Assembly: GCA_016707175.1 (NCBI GenBank)
Contig: JADJIB010000001.1
Coordinates: 718,791-782,790, forward strand
Direction: 5' to 3'
Source: Candidatus Phosphoribacter hodrii
GTDB taxonomy: Bacteria > Actinomycetota > Actinomycetes > Actinomycetales > Dermatophilaceae
Length of the DNA: 64,000 bases
This document shows positions 1 to 9,638 of the stretch, one piece after another (positions within the stretch are counted from its first letter, which is position 1; every line of letters begins with the position of its first letter). The notes under the pieces were generated by a model. That model was not told where the DNA came from. It ran no database searches and saw only the letters and a program-made list of their open reading frames with translations. Made by a program: the position numbers and the translations under genes.

Positions 1-319
1 CGATGAGGACGTGCTTGCCGGCCCGCGCCATGGCGACCGCGTGTTCGCGGTGGGCCGAGTGCGGCGACGCGACATAGACCGCGTCGACTTCGGGGTCGGC
101 ACCGAGGGCTTCGTGCCCGGCATACGCCCTCGGTATGCCGTGCCGCTCCGCGAACGAGCGCGCCCGACCCTCATCGCGTGAGGACACCGCGACGACCTGC
201 CCGGCAGTGAACTGGCTCACCGCCTCGGCGAACTTGTTGGCGATGCCACCCGGCGCGATGATGCCCCAGCGCAGGCTCGGTGCAGCAGCGGGGTCCAGGA
301 CGCCCAGCACGTCGCTCAT
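1..319 (-). CDS. Gfo/Idh/MocA family oxidoreductase, N-terminal part (gene runs off the window start)
   Basis: Manual minus-strand translation from ATG at 319-317: MSDVLGVLDPAAAPSLRWGIIAPGGIANKFAEAV...SSRDEGRARSFAERHGIP...VYVASPHSAHREHAVAMARAGKHVLI. This is a Rossmann-type N-terminus typical of the family. ATGA overlap with the OsmC stop. Confidence 0.7.
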   Translation of the reverse strand, partial: MSDVLGVLDPAAAPSLRWGIIAPGGIANKFAEAVSQFTAGQVVAVSSRDEGRARSFAERHGIPRAYAGHEALGADPEVDAVYVASPHSAHREHAVAMARAGKHVLI

Positions 320-765
320 TCCTGGCCCTCGTCGGCGATGACGGTGCGCACCGGGGTGGGCAGCATGACCGTCCGGCTGACCGTGCACAGTTTTTCGTGC
401 GAGAGCGAGACCAGCCGAGGGACGAGCGCCGCGGCAGCCGCCCCGGACTCGGTGTCCGGGAAGGAGATTCGGAAGGTCACCTCGACCTCCGACAGGTGGT
501 TGCCGAGGTTGTCGGAGACCTTGACCCCACTGCAGTCCACGACGAAGGACTCCGGCTCGCTGCGCCGGGTGGTCACCTCATCGACGTCAACGCTGGTGCA
601 ACCGGCGATCGCTGCGAGCAACAACTCGACCGGCGTGTAGTCGGAGTCTTGGCCACGGCCGAGCGTGACCGTGCCGCCGCGGGGGTTGGTCACGGCATAC
701 CGGCCGGCGGCGACGCGCTCCAAGCGGACCGAACGCAGGCCAAGGGAAGGGTCAGTCGAGGTCAT
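316..765 (-). CDS. OsmC/Ohr family protein
   Basis: C-terminal 149 aa of ORF 316..1065, starting at MTSTDPSLGL. YTPVELLLAAIAGCTSVD and HEKLCTVSRT are the two conserved Cys motifs of OsmC. Confidence 0.8.
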   Translation of the reverse strand: MTSTDPSLGLRSVRLERVAAGRYAVTNPRGGTVTLGRGQDSDYTPVELLLAAIAGCTSVDVDEVTTRRSEPESFVVDCSGVKVSDNLGNHLSEVEVTFRISFPDTESGAAAAALVPRLVSLSHEKLCTVSRTVMLPTPVRTVIADEGQE

Positions 766-810
766 GGGGACAGCCTGCCACGGGCAACGGGGGCAAGTAG
801 GGTGGTGTTC

Positions 811-1478
811 ATGAGCACTGATCCGACGGCGAGCGAGCCCAGCCCGCTCGACCCCACGGCCCCCCTCTCCTCCGGATACGATCCGGCGGCGACCACGCCG
901 ATGTCCCCGCCCCCGCCGGTGACGCCACCCCCTGCACCCGTCGGTCCCTGGGACAGCACCCCGGCCGCGCCCCCTGCCCCCGTCGCCCCGCCCGTTGCCG
1001 CGGCCCCGCCGGTTCCCGACTACGGGCAACCCGCCGCCTACGGCCAACCCGCTCCTTACGGACAACCCGCCCCTTACCCGCCCCTTACGGCCAGCAGCCT
1101 CCCTACGGGCAACAGCCGCCGTATGGCCAGCAGCCGGGTTACGGCCAGCCCGCCCCCTACGCCTCTCCGTATGCCGCGCCGCCCGCCTATGGCGGTGCTG
1201 CCTACGCCGGCATCGAGCACCCGCAGGGCACCTTGATCCTCATCCTCGGCATCCTCTCGATCGTCTTCTGCGGATTCACCGGGCCGTTCGCCTGGGTCAT
1301 GGGTCGCAAGGCCATGCGGGAGATCGACACCAGCGGCCAGCCCTACAGCAACCGCAGCCAGGTCCAGGCCGGCATGATCACCGGCATCATTGGCTCCGTC
1401 ATCCTCGTCCTCGGAGTCCTCTACTTCGTTTTCGTCTTCTTCATCGTCGGGATGGCGGCCAGCAGCAGCATTCGCTGA
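811..1478 (+). CDS. Pro/Tyr/Gly/Gln-repeat protein with C-terminal DUF4190 membrane domain; apparent frameshift in a C-run at 1081-1084
   Basis: ATG at 811. The PAAYGQPAPYGQPAPY repeats continue as PYGQQPPYGQQPPYGQQPGYGQPAPY...GTLILILGILSIVFCGFTGPFAWVMG only if one C is added at CCGCCCCTTACGG. ORF 1233..1478 carries the DUF4190-like TM part. Confidence 0.6.
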
Positions 1479-1502
1479 CCCACCCTCAACCCCGCGAACG
1501 TG

Positions 1503-1538
1503 AGGGGGCGGCATACCGAGTCGGTATGCCGCCCCCTC
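1503..1538. terminator. Perfect 36-bp palindrome (GAGGGGGCGGCATACCGA/TCGGTATGCCGCCCCCTC) between convergent genes; candidate bidirectional terminator
   Basis: Read directly. It is built from an inverted pair of the abundant octamer. No U-tract. Confidence 0.5.
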
Positions 1539-1557
1539 GCGTTGGTGCGCGAATCGG

Positions 1558-2772
1558 CTACTGCCGGTAGCTGGCCAGGAAGTTGCCGATGCGTCCGATG
1601 GCCTCTTCGAGCTCTTGGACGTGCGGCAGCGTGACGATCCGGAAGTGGTCGGGCCGCGGCCAGTTGAAGCCGGTGCCCTGCACGACGAGGATCTTGGCCT
1701 GGCGAACCAGATCGAGGGCGAAGCGCTCGTCGTCGTGGATCTCGTGGACCTCGGGGTCCAGCCGCGGGAACAGGTAGAGGGCGCCGCCGGGCTTGGTGCA
1801 CGTGACGCCGGGGATCGAGTTGATCAGCTCCCAGGCGAGGTTGCGCTGGGCGAGCAGGCGGCCGCCGGGGAGGATCAGCTCGGTGATCGACTGGTAGCCG
1901 CCGAGCGCCGTGGCGATCGCATGCTGCGCAGGCACATTGGCGCATAGCCGCATGTTCGCCAGGATGTTGAGGCCCTGGATGAAGGACCGGGCGTGGTGCT
2001 TGGGGCCCGAGAGCGCCAGCCAGCCGGACCGGAAACCGGCGACCCGATAGGCCTTGGACAGCCCGTTGAAGTTGAGGCAGAAGACGTCGGGCGCCAGGGA
2101 CGCCAGGGCCGTGTGGGTTGCGTCGTCGTAGAGGATCTTGTCGTAGATCTCGTCGGCCATGAGGACGAGTTCGTGCTCACGGGCCAGCGCGATGATTCCG
2201 CGCAGGACGTGGTCGGGATAGACCGCGCCGGTGGGGTTGTTGGGGTTGATGACGACGATCGCCTTGGTGCGCGGGGTGATCTTGGCCGCCATGTCGGCCA
2301 GGTCGGGGACCCACCCCTCGCTCTCGTCGCACAGGTAGTGCACCGGGGTGCCACCGGCGAGCGCGGTCGCGGCGGTCCACAGCGGGTAGTCCGGCGCGGG
2401 GATGAGGACCTCGTCGCCGTTGTCGAGCATGGCCTGCATGGCCATGACGATGAGCTCGCTGACGCCGTTGCCGAGGTAGACGTCCTCGGTGCTCACACCC
2501 TCGACACCCTTGAGCCGGTAGTACTGCGTGACGGCGCGCCGGGCCCCGATGATGCCCTTGGAATCGCTGTAGCCCTGGGCCAGCGGCAGCTGGGCAATCA
2601 TGTCGACGAGGATCTCGTCGGGGGCTTCGAAGCCGAAGGGTGCCGGGTTGCCGATGTTGAGCTTGAGGATGCGGTGACCCTCGTCCTCAAGCCGCTTGGC
2701 CTCCTCGAGCACCGGCCCCCGGATGTCGTAACAGACGTCGGCCAGCTTCTGGCTCTGGGTCAACTCGCGCAT
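1558..2772 (-). CDS. alaA: Alanine/glutamate-pyruvate aminotransferase, PLP-dependent (AlaA-like)
   Basis: 404-aa ORF. LADVCYDIRGPVLEEAKRLEDEGHRILKLNIGNPAPFGF...NGLSKAYRVAGFR...MRLCANVPAQHAI closely resembles E. coli AlaA along its length. Confidence 0.9.
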   Translation of the reverse strand: MRELTQSQKLADVCYDIRGPVLEEAKRLEDEGHRILKLNIGNPAPFGFEAPDEILVDMIAQLPLAQGYSDSKGIIGARRAVTQYYRLKGVEGVSTEDVYLGNGVSELIVMAMQAMLDNGDEVLIPAPDYPLWTAATALAGGTPVHYLCDESEGWVPDLADMAAKITPRTKAIVVINPNNPTGAVYPDHVLRGIIALAREHELVLMADEIYDKILYDDATHTALASLAPDVFCLNFNGLSKAYRVAGFRSGWLALSGPKHHARSFIQGLNILANMRLCANVPAQHAIATALGGYQSITELILPGGRLLAQRNLAWELINSIPGVTCTKPGGALYLFPRLDPEVHEIHDDERFALDLVRQAKILVVQGTGFNWPRPDHFRIVTLPHVQELEEAIGRIGNFLASYRQ

Positions 2773-2866
2773 GGGTCCAGCCTCCCACGGCCGGTATGCC
2801 GCCCCCGCACGGGTTTCTCACCACGTGAGCAGACCGGGTTCAGCCAGGCGTGCGATGCTGGCAGGT

Positions 2867-3289
2867 ATGCGGGTCACGATGCTGTTGGCCGATCATGCGG
2901 TCGTCGCCGAAGGCAAGCTCTATGTCAATGGGGGCGGTTGGTCGATCCGTCCGGCCGGCCCCACACCGATGTTCCTGGCGCTGAAGTTCGACGTGCCGTG
3001 GGATCTGGCCGGTCGTCCCATCGAGGTGGAACTACGCCTGGTCGACGAGGACGGGCACCTGGTCGCCCAGCGCACCCCGCAGGGTGACCAACCCGTGCTC
3101 GTCAATGCCCGGCTGGAGGTTCAGCGGCCCCCGGGCCTGACGCCCGGTGCGCCGATCGATGCCGCGATGGCGATCGGGGTGCCGCCGTTCGGGCTGCCCG
3201 CCGGTCGGCGGTATTCCTGGCGGCTGTCGGTCGACGGCCACCAGCGCGAGGACTGGGTCATCGAATTCGCCACCCGCCCCGAGGCGTAG
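2867..3289 (+). CDS. Hypothetical protein
   Basis: ORF 2771..3289. Likely ATG at 2867 (MRVTMLLADHAVVAEGKLYVNGGGW...). Coding-like composition; no family recognised. Confidence 0.5.
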   Translation: MRVTMLLADHAVVAEGKLYVNGGGWSIRPAGPTPMFLALKFDVPWDLAGRPIEVELRLVDEDGHLVAQRTPQGDQPVLVNARLEVQRPPGLTPGAPIDAAMAIGVPPFGLPAGRRYSWRLSVDGHQREDWVIEFATRPEA

Positions 3290-3296
3290 GGGACGC

Positions 3297-3887
3297 TCAG
3301 GGAGTCTTGTCGCCCCAGCGCACGAGGGTCCACGACCGCTGCGGTGTCCGGGTCAACTCGAGGACGATGGTGTTGTCCAGGCCGGTCGTGCGCAGGAAGT
3401 CGACCGTGAGGTTGGTCGCGCGGGCCGCGGCCCACGTGCGGATCATGGCGCCGTGGCTGATGACGGCGATAGTCCCCTGTCCAGCGGCGTGGGCCTCGTC
3501 GAGAACTGCGTCGAACCGCTCTAGAACCTCCCGTCCCGACTCCCCGCCTGGCATCCGAGCGTCGAGATCTGCGTTCCAGGACATGATCGTCGTGAGATAG
3601 CGGACCCAGTCGGCGGACATCTCGTCCTCGCCCGCCTGGATCTCCCGGATGCCGCCACGGACGACGACCTCGACACCGTGGCGAGCGGCCAGCGGCGCAG
3701 CCGTCTGCTGGCTGCGGGTCAGGTCGGAGGCATAGACGGCCTCGATCGGCTCGTCGGCGAGCGCCTCGGCCAGGGCCCGGGCCTGCTCGAGGCCGACCTC
3801 GTCGAGTGGGGCACCGGGGGCCGCAGTGTCGAGCAGTCGGGTGACGTTCGACGCGGTCTGGCCGTGTCGGATGAGCAAGAGTCGCAC
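3297..3887 (-). CDS. Histidine phosphatase family protein (phosphoglycerate mutase-like)
   Basis: MRLLLIRHGQTASN (RHG motif) ... ISHGAMIR. Confidence 0.85.
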   Translation of the reverse strand: MRLLLIRHGQTASNVTRLLDTAAPGAPLDEVGLEQARALAEALADEPIEAVYASDLTRSQQTAAPLAARHGVEVVVRGGIREIQAGEDEMSADWVRYLTTIMSWNADLDARMPGGESGREVLERFDAVLDEAHAAGQGTIAVISHGAMIRTWAAARATNLTVDFLRTTGLDNTIVLELTRTPQRSWTLVRWGDKTP

Positions 3888-3951
3888 CCACCGAGGCTAG
3901 CCGCTCCCGGCCCTGCGCTCGGCGCGGTTATCGCCACGCAGCGGTTTGAGC

Positions 3952-4683
3952 TCAGGGCTCCGCGAGGTCCGAGGGGACCGAGACGCCGAGGAAGTGGGCG
4001 GTGTCTGCATCGACGGGGTGCGCCCAGACCTCGGCCGTCTCACCTTGCTGCACCAACCGTCCGGCTCGCATGATCGCCGTCCGATCGGCCACCGTGAAGG
4101 CATCGCCATGGTCGTGGGTCACCATCATGGCCGTCGTCCCAGTCTCGGTGAGCACGTGCCGCAGGTCAGTGGCCAGCCGCTCGCGCAGCGACCGGTCCAG
4201 CGCCGACAGCGGCTCATCGAGCAACAACAACCGCGGGCGGGCAGCCAGAGCCCGAGCCAACGCGACGCGCTGACCCTCGCCGCCGCTGAGCGTGGTGGGG
4301 CGGCGCGCGGCATACCCCGCGAGGCCGACGAGCTCGAGCAGGCGGTCGACCTCCGAGCGCGCCTGCGCGCCACGGATCCCCTTGCGCGCCAAGGCATAAC
4401 CGACGTTCCCGGCCACATCGAGGTGACCGAACAACTGCCCGTCCTGGAACATCATCGCGAAGCCACGCCGATGGGTGGGCACCCCCGCCAGATCCGACCC
4501 GTCGAAGCTCACCGAGCCCGACGCGAGCGGCTCGAGCCCGGCGACGGCCCGCAGCAGGCTGGACTTGCCACACCCTGACGGCCCAAGGATCGCCATCACC
4601 GTGCCCGAGGGGACCTCAAGGCTGACATCGTCGACCGCGCGGGTCGCCCCGAAAGACACCGACACACGGCTGATCGAGAGCAT
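3952..4683 (-). CDS. thiQ: ABC transporter ATP-binding protein (thiamine importer, ThiQ-like)
   Basis: Walker A GPSGCGKSS, signature LSGGEGQRVALARAL, Walker B LLLDEP. Last gene of an operon headed by a TPP riboswitch. Confidence 0.75.
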   Translation of the reverse strand: MLSISRVSVSFGATRAVDDVSLEVPSGTVMAILGPSGCGKSSLLRAVAGLEPLASGSVSFDGSDLAGVPTHRRGFAMMFQDGQLFGHLDVAGNVGYALARKGIRGAQARSEVDRLLELVGLAGYAARRPTTLSGGEGQRVALARALAARPRLLLLDEPLSALDRSLRERLATDLRHVLTETGTTAMMVTHDHGDAFTVADRTAIMRAGRLVQQGETAEVWAHPVDADTAHFLGVSVPSDLAEP

Positions 4684-6347
4684 CAGAAGGCCCCCACTGA
4701 CGACACCCGCAGGCGCTCAACGACACCCATGACGGTGACGGTGACAACGGCGAGGATGACCGACGCCGCGAGTGCCATGCCGAGATTGTCGACCCCCGGG
4801 CGTCCGATGAGGCGATAGATGACCACGGGGAGGGTCGGGCTGTCGGGTCGGGCCAGGAAGCTCGTCGCACCGAATTCCCCCAGCGAGACCGCGAGCGCCA
4901 GCCCGATGGCCGCGAGCAAGGGCCGCCAGATGATCGGCAGGTCCACGGTGGCGAGCACCTGCCAGGGGCGAGCACCCAACGTCGCCGCGACTTGCCGTTG
5001 CCGGTCGTCGATAGCCCGCAGCACCGGCGCAAGGGTCCGCACCACCAGGGGCAGGGCGACGATCGCTTGGGCGATCGGGATGAGCACCGGCGAGGTCCGC
5101 AGGTCCAACGGCGGCCGGTCCAACGTGATGAGGAAGCCGAAACCGACCGTCACCGCAGACACCCCCAATGGCAGCATGACCACCCCGTCGAGCAACCGGC
5201 GCCATCGCAGACCGCCCGGCGAGCGGGCCGGGCGCGAGACGAGCACGGCGACGAGCAGGCCGAGGACGACGGCGAGGATCGTGGCATCGATGGCGATCCG
5301 CCACGACGTGCCCAGCGCCTCCCACACGGTGACCGGCAGCGCGCTACGACCGTCAGCCCCGCCGACCCGTCCCAACGCAAGGTAGTAGTCCAGGGTCCAC
5401 TCCCCCTGGCGCCGCAGCGAGCGCACCACCAACGCCAGCACGGGAACCGCGACGAACGCGACCGCCAGCACCGTGGCAATCACCGAGCCCATCGCGTATG
5501 CCGTGACCCGCCCCGGCGCGATCGCGGACTTCGCGGCCCGCTGGGTCCCGGCGTCGCGGGAGCGGGCCCGATCGGCCAGCAGCAGCATGGCGACGACGGC
5601 GACGAGTTGGACGACCGACAACACCGCCGCCCCGCGCAGGTCGAACAGCGCCGTCGTCAGCAGGTAGATCTCGGTCTCGACGGTGCCGTAGGCCAGCCCG
5701 CCCATCGTCAGCACGACACCAAAAGCCGTGGCGCAGAAGAGGAACACGATGGACGCCGCCGAGATGATCGACGGTGCCAGGGCGGGCAGCGTCACGGTGC
5801 GGAAGACCGTTGCGGGTCCGGCGCCCAAGGTGGCCGCGGCCTCCTCGGGCCGGCGGTCCAAGCCCTCCCAAGCCGCTCCGACCGTGCGCACGACGACCGC
5901 GAGATTGAAGAACACGAAGGCGGCGAGTATGCCGCCCCACTCCCCGTCCAGCCCCAGCCCACCGAGCGCGCCGCCCTCGGCGAGCAACGACCGGAACATC
6001 ACGCCGACCACGACGGTCGGCAGAACGAAGGGCATCGCGACGATGGCCCGAAGCGTCCGACGGCCGGGCAGGGCCAACCGATAGAGGGCGTGGGCCACCG
6101 GCACCCCGACGACGACCGAGATCACGGTCGCGGCCGCCGAGATGGCCAGGGTGAAGCCGATGATCCGTTGGGTCCGGGCCCGGCCAAGGACCTCGGCGAA
6201 GCCACCGAGGTCCAGCACCCCGCCCGGCGCGAAGCCCCGGGCGAGCATGCCTGCGACCGGAAGGGCGAAGAAGATGGCGAGGAAGCCGAGCGGGAGGATC
6301 GCCGCGACCGTGGTCGCGGCGATCCTCCCGGCTCGGTCCCGGGTCAC
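4683..6347 (-). CDS. thiP: ABC transporter permease with two MetI-like halves (ThiP-like)
   Basis: 554-aa polytopic membrane ORF. GTGA overlap with the upstream binding-protein gene and ATGA overlap with the ATPase gene. Confidence 0.75.
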   Translation of the reverse strand: MTRDRAGRIAATTVAAILPLGFLAIFFALPVAGMLARGFAPGGVLDLGGFAEVLGRARTQRIIGFTLAISAAATVISVVVGVPVAHALYRLALPGRRTLRAIVAMPFVLPTVVVGVMFRSLLAEGGALGGLGLDGEWGGILAAFVFFNLAVVVRTVGAAWEGLDRRPEEAAATLGAGPATVFRTVTLPALAPSIISAASIVFLFCATAFGVVLTMGGLAYGTVETEIYLLTTALFDLRGAAVLSVVQLVAVVAMLLLADRARSRDAGTQRAAKSAIAPGRVTAYAMGSVIATVLAVAFVAVPVLALVVRSLRRQGEWTLDYYLALGRVGGADGRSALPVTVWEALGTSWRIAIDATILAVVLGLLVAVLVSRPARSPGGLRWRRLLDGVVMLPLGVSAVTVGFGFLITLDRPPLDLRTSPVLIPIAQAIVALPLVVRTLAPVLRAIDDRQRQVAATLGARPWQVLATVDLPIIWRPLLAAIGLALAVSLGEFGATSFLARPDSPTLPVVIYRLIGRPGVDNLGMALAASVILAVVTVTVMGVVERLRVSSVGAF

Positions 6348-7543
6348 TTGGCCGTGACCTCACTCCATTGACGCAACCAGGTGTCCCGCTGGGCGGCGAT
6401 CTGGTCGGGCGACACGACGAACGGCTTGTCCGCGACCTTGGCCCACTTCGCCCAGTCGGTCGGCAGGGTGGCGGTCGAGTCGACGGGGAACATGTACATC
6501 GAGTCGGGGATTGACGCCTGCACGGCCGGGCTCAGCAGGAACGAGACCAGAGCACGCGCCCCCTCGGGGTTGCGGGCGCCGGCCAGCACACCGGCATACT
6601 CCACCTGCCGGAAGCACGTGTCCAGGAGCGCCTTCGTCGTCGGCTCGGTGGCGGCCTTGGGGATCGTGAACGGCGGCGAGGAGGCGTAGGACAGGACGAT
6701 CGGGCGGGTCCCGTGGCCCTCGCCGGCGCTGAAGTCGACGGAGTAGGCGTCGGTCCAACCGGCGGTGATCTTCGTGCCGTTGGCCATCAACGCCTTCCAA
6801 TAGGCCTGCCAGCCATCGCCTTTCGCGCCGATGGTCGCGAGGAGGAAGGCCAGACCGGGGCTGGAGGTCGTCGCGCCCGGCGTGACGAAGAGGTCCTTGT
6901 ATGCCGGTTGGGTGAGGTCGTCGAGGGTCGCCGGGACCGGTTTGCCCTTGGCCGCGAACCACGTGTGGTCGACGTTGACGCACACGTCGCCGTAGTCGAT
7001 CGGCGTCAGTTTGGTGGCTGCGGCGCCGGGCAGCGCGTGGGCCGACGCGCCGGCGGGCAGGGTCGGGGAGTAGTCCGCGAGGACGCCCTCGGTGACGGCC
7101 CGGCTGGCGAAGGTGTTGTCGATCCCGAAGACGGCGTCGCCGATCGGCGAGGCCTTGGTGAGGGCGAGTTTGTTGGTCAGCTCGCCCGCGTCGCCGCTGG
7201 CCAGCACCTTGATCGTGCAGCCGGTCGCCTTGGTGAAGGCCGCGGTCAACTCGTCGGACAGCCCGAACGAGTCGTGGCTGACCAGCAGGACCTCGGTCAC
7301 AGCGCCGCACCGGGGTGCGGCCGTGCTGGACGGGCTGCTGACCTGGGACGCGGTCGCGGTCCCCGACGTCGTCGCGGGAGCTGTGGCGGTGGTCGTCGAG
7401 CTCAGCGAACAGGCCGAGAGCGACGCAGTGAGGGCGACCGCAAGAACGGCGCCGGGGATCGCGAAACGGTTCTTGCGCAAGGGATCCCTGCGGACGGGAC
7501 TCCTGCGCAACGGAACCCGGACGCGCGGGTGGGCGAACGGCAT
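6344..7543 (-). CDS. thiB: Thiamine ABC transporter substrate-binding lipoprotein (ThiB/TbpA-like)
   Basis: Signal/lipobox LTASLSACS. Family-1 SBP-like sequence. Directly downstream of the TPP riboswitch. Confidence 0.75.
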   Translation of the reverse strand: MPFAHPRVRVPLRRSPVRRDPLRKNRFAIPGAVLAVALTASLSACSLSSTTTATAPATTSGTATASQVSSPSSTAAPRCGAVTEVLLVSHDSFGLSDELTAAFTKATGCTIKVLASGDAGELTNKLALTKASPIGDAVFGIDNTFASRAVTEGVLADYSPTLPAGASAHALPGAAATKLTPIDYGDVCVNVDHTWFAAKGKPVPATLDDLTQPAYKDLFVTPGATTSSPGLAFLLATIGAKGDGWQAYWKALMANGTKITAGWTDAYSVDFSAGEGHGTRPIVLSYASSPPFTIPKAATEPTTKALLDTCFRQVEYAGVLAGARNPEGARALVSFLLSPAVQASIPDSMYMFPVDSTATLPTDWAKWAKVADKPFVVSPDQIAAQRDTWLRQWSEVTAK

Positions 7544-7599
7544 ACTGACATCTCCTCCTGGTTCAGGAGGGGCCGTCGACCCATCGAAGGTCGACGGGT

Positions 7600-7690
7600 G
7601 AGACTCGACTCCCTTCGCCGGTGCTAACCGGAGCAGGTTCGAGGGTCTGCGGCGGACCGCACTCTCAGCGCTGGGGCGCTCCCCTGTCGT
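7600..7690 (-). promoter_or_regulatory. TPP (THI-box) riboswitch aptamer
   Basis: Minus strand reads GGGGAGCGCCCCAGCGCUGAGAGUGCGGUCCGCCGCAGACCCUCGAACCUGCUCCGGUUAGCACCGGCGAAGGGAGUCGAG. It carries the CUGAGA, ACCC..GAACCUG and CCGGCGAAGGGA THI-box hallmarks. A downstream hairpin and a CCCCUCCUG stretch are complementary to the AGGAGGAG SD. Confidence 0.85.
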
Positions 7691-7782
7691 GGCGATGATG
7701 ACTTTACCCCGAGTCCGTGCCAGAGTCGGACGAGGCGAACGACACGGGTTGGCGAGTGGCCCGGTGGAGCAGGAGGTGCGGG

Positions 7783-8076
7783 ATGGGTCCGATGGTGTGG
7801 AAGGTGCTGGGCACCGGCTCGGCAGTGCTGGCGGCGACCGTCGCCCAGAAGCTCGTCACCAAGGGCTGGGAGCTCGCCTCCGGTAAGCCGGCCCCCGACG
7901 ACCCCAACCATCCCGAGGACACAACTTGGAAAGAGGCCGTCCTCTTCGCCGCCCTCACCGGGCTGGCCGTGAGCGCGGCCCGGGTCATGGCGACCCGCAA
8001 GGCGGCCCAGTACTACGCGAAGTCGGCTGGTCACCTGCCCGCCGCGTTGGTCAAGGCCGACGGCGCGACCGGCTGA
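7783..8076 (+). CDS. DUF4235 domain-containing protein
   Basis: ATG at 7783 behind GGAGCAGGAGG. MVWKVLGTGSAVLAATVAQKLVTKGWE...KEAVLFAALTGLAV is typical of the family. Confidence 0.7.
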   Translation: MGPMVWKVLGTGSAVLAATVAQKLVTKGWELASGKPAPDDPNHPEDTTWKEAVLFAALTGLAVSAARVMATRKAAQYYAKSAGHLPAALVKADGATG

Positions 8077-8104
8077 CGCGGCATACCGGATCGCGTATGC
8101 CGCG
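8077..8104. terminator. Hairpin CGCGGCATAC-N8-GTATGCCGCG between convergent genes
   Basis: 10-bp stem made of an inverted octamer pair, seen directly. Confidence 0.4.
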
Positions 8105-8109
8105 CGCGC

Positions 8110-9435
8110 TCAGCTCGCGTCGCGGATCAACGACAGCGCCTCACGCATGAGCGGGGCGACCGGGCCGAACGCATGCTGGCCGTTCTCGACGATGACCCGA
8201 CCGCCGACGACAACGGTGAGGACGTCCGCGGCGCTCGCGGTGTAGATGACCTCGGCGGCCTTGCTGCCTGCGGTGCGGGTGGACTCGAGATCCACGGTGA
8301 TGAAGTCGGCGACGAGACCGGGGGCGATGGACCCGCCGTCATACCAACCCAGGCTCTGATAGCCGTGGACCGACCCGCAGCGCAGGAGTTGGGGGGTCGA
8401 GATCCGGCCACGCTCGCCGCTGCCGAGGCGCTCGTGCATCTCGAGTTCACGCATCTCGACGAACGGGTCGATGAAGGCGTGTTGGTCGGTGCCGATGCCG
8501 ACCGGGACCCCGGCGTCGAGGAGCCTGCGGACCGCCGGGACGCCATCGGCCATGTCCTGCTCGGACGTCGGGCAGACGACCACCTGGCACTCGTGGTCGG
8601 CCAGGAGGCTGATGTCGCGCTCAGTGAGGTGGGTCGCGTGGACGGCCGTGAACTCCGACCCGAGCACGCCGATGTCGGCGAGGAGTTCGGTCGGGGTGGT
8701 GCCGTAATACATCTGGCAGGCGAGGTTCTCGGCGGGCTGCTCGGAGACATACATGTGCAGCGGACGGTCCCCGACGAGTTGCGCGGCGTAGGCGGCGTCC
8801 TCGCGCGACACGGCCCTGATCGAGTGGATCGCCGCGCCCCGACGAAGCAATTCGGTCTGCTCGATGCGGGCGGTGCGGGCGGCCCAGGCCTCGACGCTGC
8901 CGTCGCTGAACCGCTGCTGCACACCGTCGAGCGGCAGGTGCCCCTCGGAGGTGAGCCCACCCTGCAGGTAGAGGGTGTCCAGCAGGGTCAGTCGGATCCC
9001 GACCTCGTGCGCTGCCCTGGCCAGGGCAGCGCCCATGGCGTTGGGGTCGGAGTAGCGCGAGCCGCCCGGACCGTGGTGCAGGTAGTGGTATTCGCCGACC
9101 ACGGTGATGCCGGCCAGCGCCATCTCGGCGAAGGTGGCCCGGGCCAGAGCGAGATAGAGATCGGGGTTGAGGCGTTCAGCGACGTCGTACATCTTTGCGC
9201 GCCAAGTGATTCCGTTGTCCGCGTCAGACTGGGTGCGTCCGCGCAGGACCCGCTGGAAGACATGGCTATGGGCATTGGCCAACCCGGGAAAGACGACACC
9301 GCGGAGTTTGACATCCTCGGGGTGGCGGGTCGCTCGGGGCTCGACGACGACGAACCGACCATCGTCCACGACCAAGCGCACGCCGCGGGCCAAGCCCGAC
9401 GGCAGCCACACGTGCTCGGCCCAGAACGACGACAC
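8110..9435 (-). CDS. hutF: Formimidoylglutamate deiminase-like amidohydrolase
   Basis: GTG at 9435 behind AAGGAG. FPGLANAHSHVFQR metal-binding motif, ITWRAKMY, GEYHYLHH, VHATHL. Resembles HutF / guanine-deaminase-type amidohydrolases. Confidence 0.65.
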   Translation of the reverse strand: MSSFWAEHVWLPSGLARGVRLVVDDGRFVVVEPRATRHPEDVKLRGVVFPGLANAHSHVFQRVLRGRTQSDADNGITWRAKMYDVAERLNPDLYLALARATFAEMALAGITVVGEYHYLHHGPGGSRYSDPNAMGAALARAAHEVGIRLTLLDTLYLQGGLTSEGHLPLDGVQQRFSDGSVEAWAARTARIEQTELLRRGAAIHSIRAVSREDAAYAAQLVGDRPLHMYVSEQPAENLACQMYYGTTPTELLADIGVLGSEFTAVHATHLTERDISLLADHECQVVVCPTSEQDMADGVPAVRRLLDAGVPVGIGTDQHAFIDPFVEMRELEMHERLGSGERGRISTPQLLRCGSVHGYQSLGWYDGGSIAPGLVADFITVDLESTRTAGSKAAEVIYTASAADVLTVVVGGRVIVENGQHAFGPVAPLMREALSLIRDAS

Positions 9436-9638
9436 GACACTCCTTGTCGATCGACTCGATCGTGCTCGACGGTGCCTCGACCACCACGTGGCCCGTCGAG
9501 GACAGCCTCCATCCTGACATTGCCAGGCGTCCAGATGTGACAACCGGGACTACCTGCCCCCTTTAAACCCTTCGTCGGCGTCGACGGCGGCGGCTGCGTC
9601 GTCGACGGCGGCACCGCGACGCGGCATACCCTGGGGCG

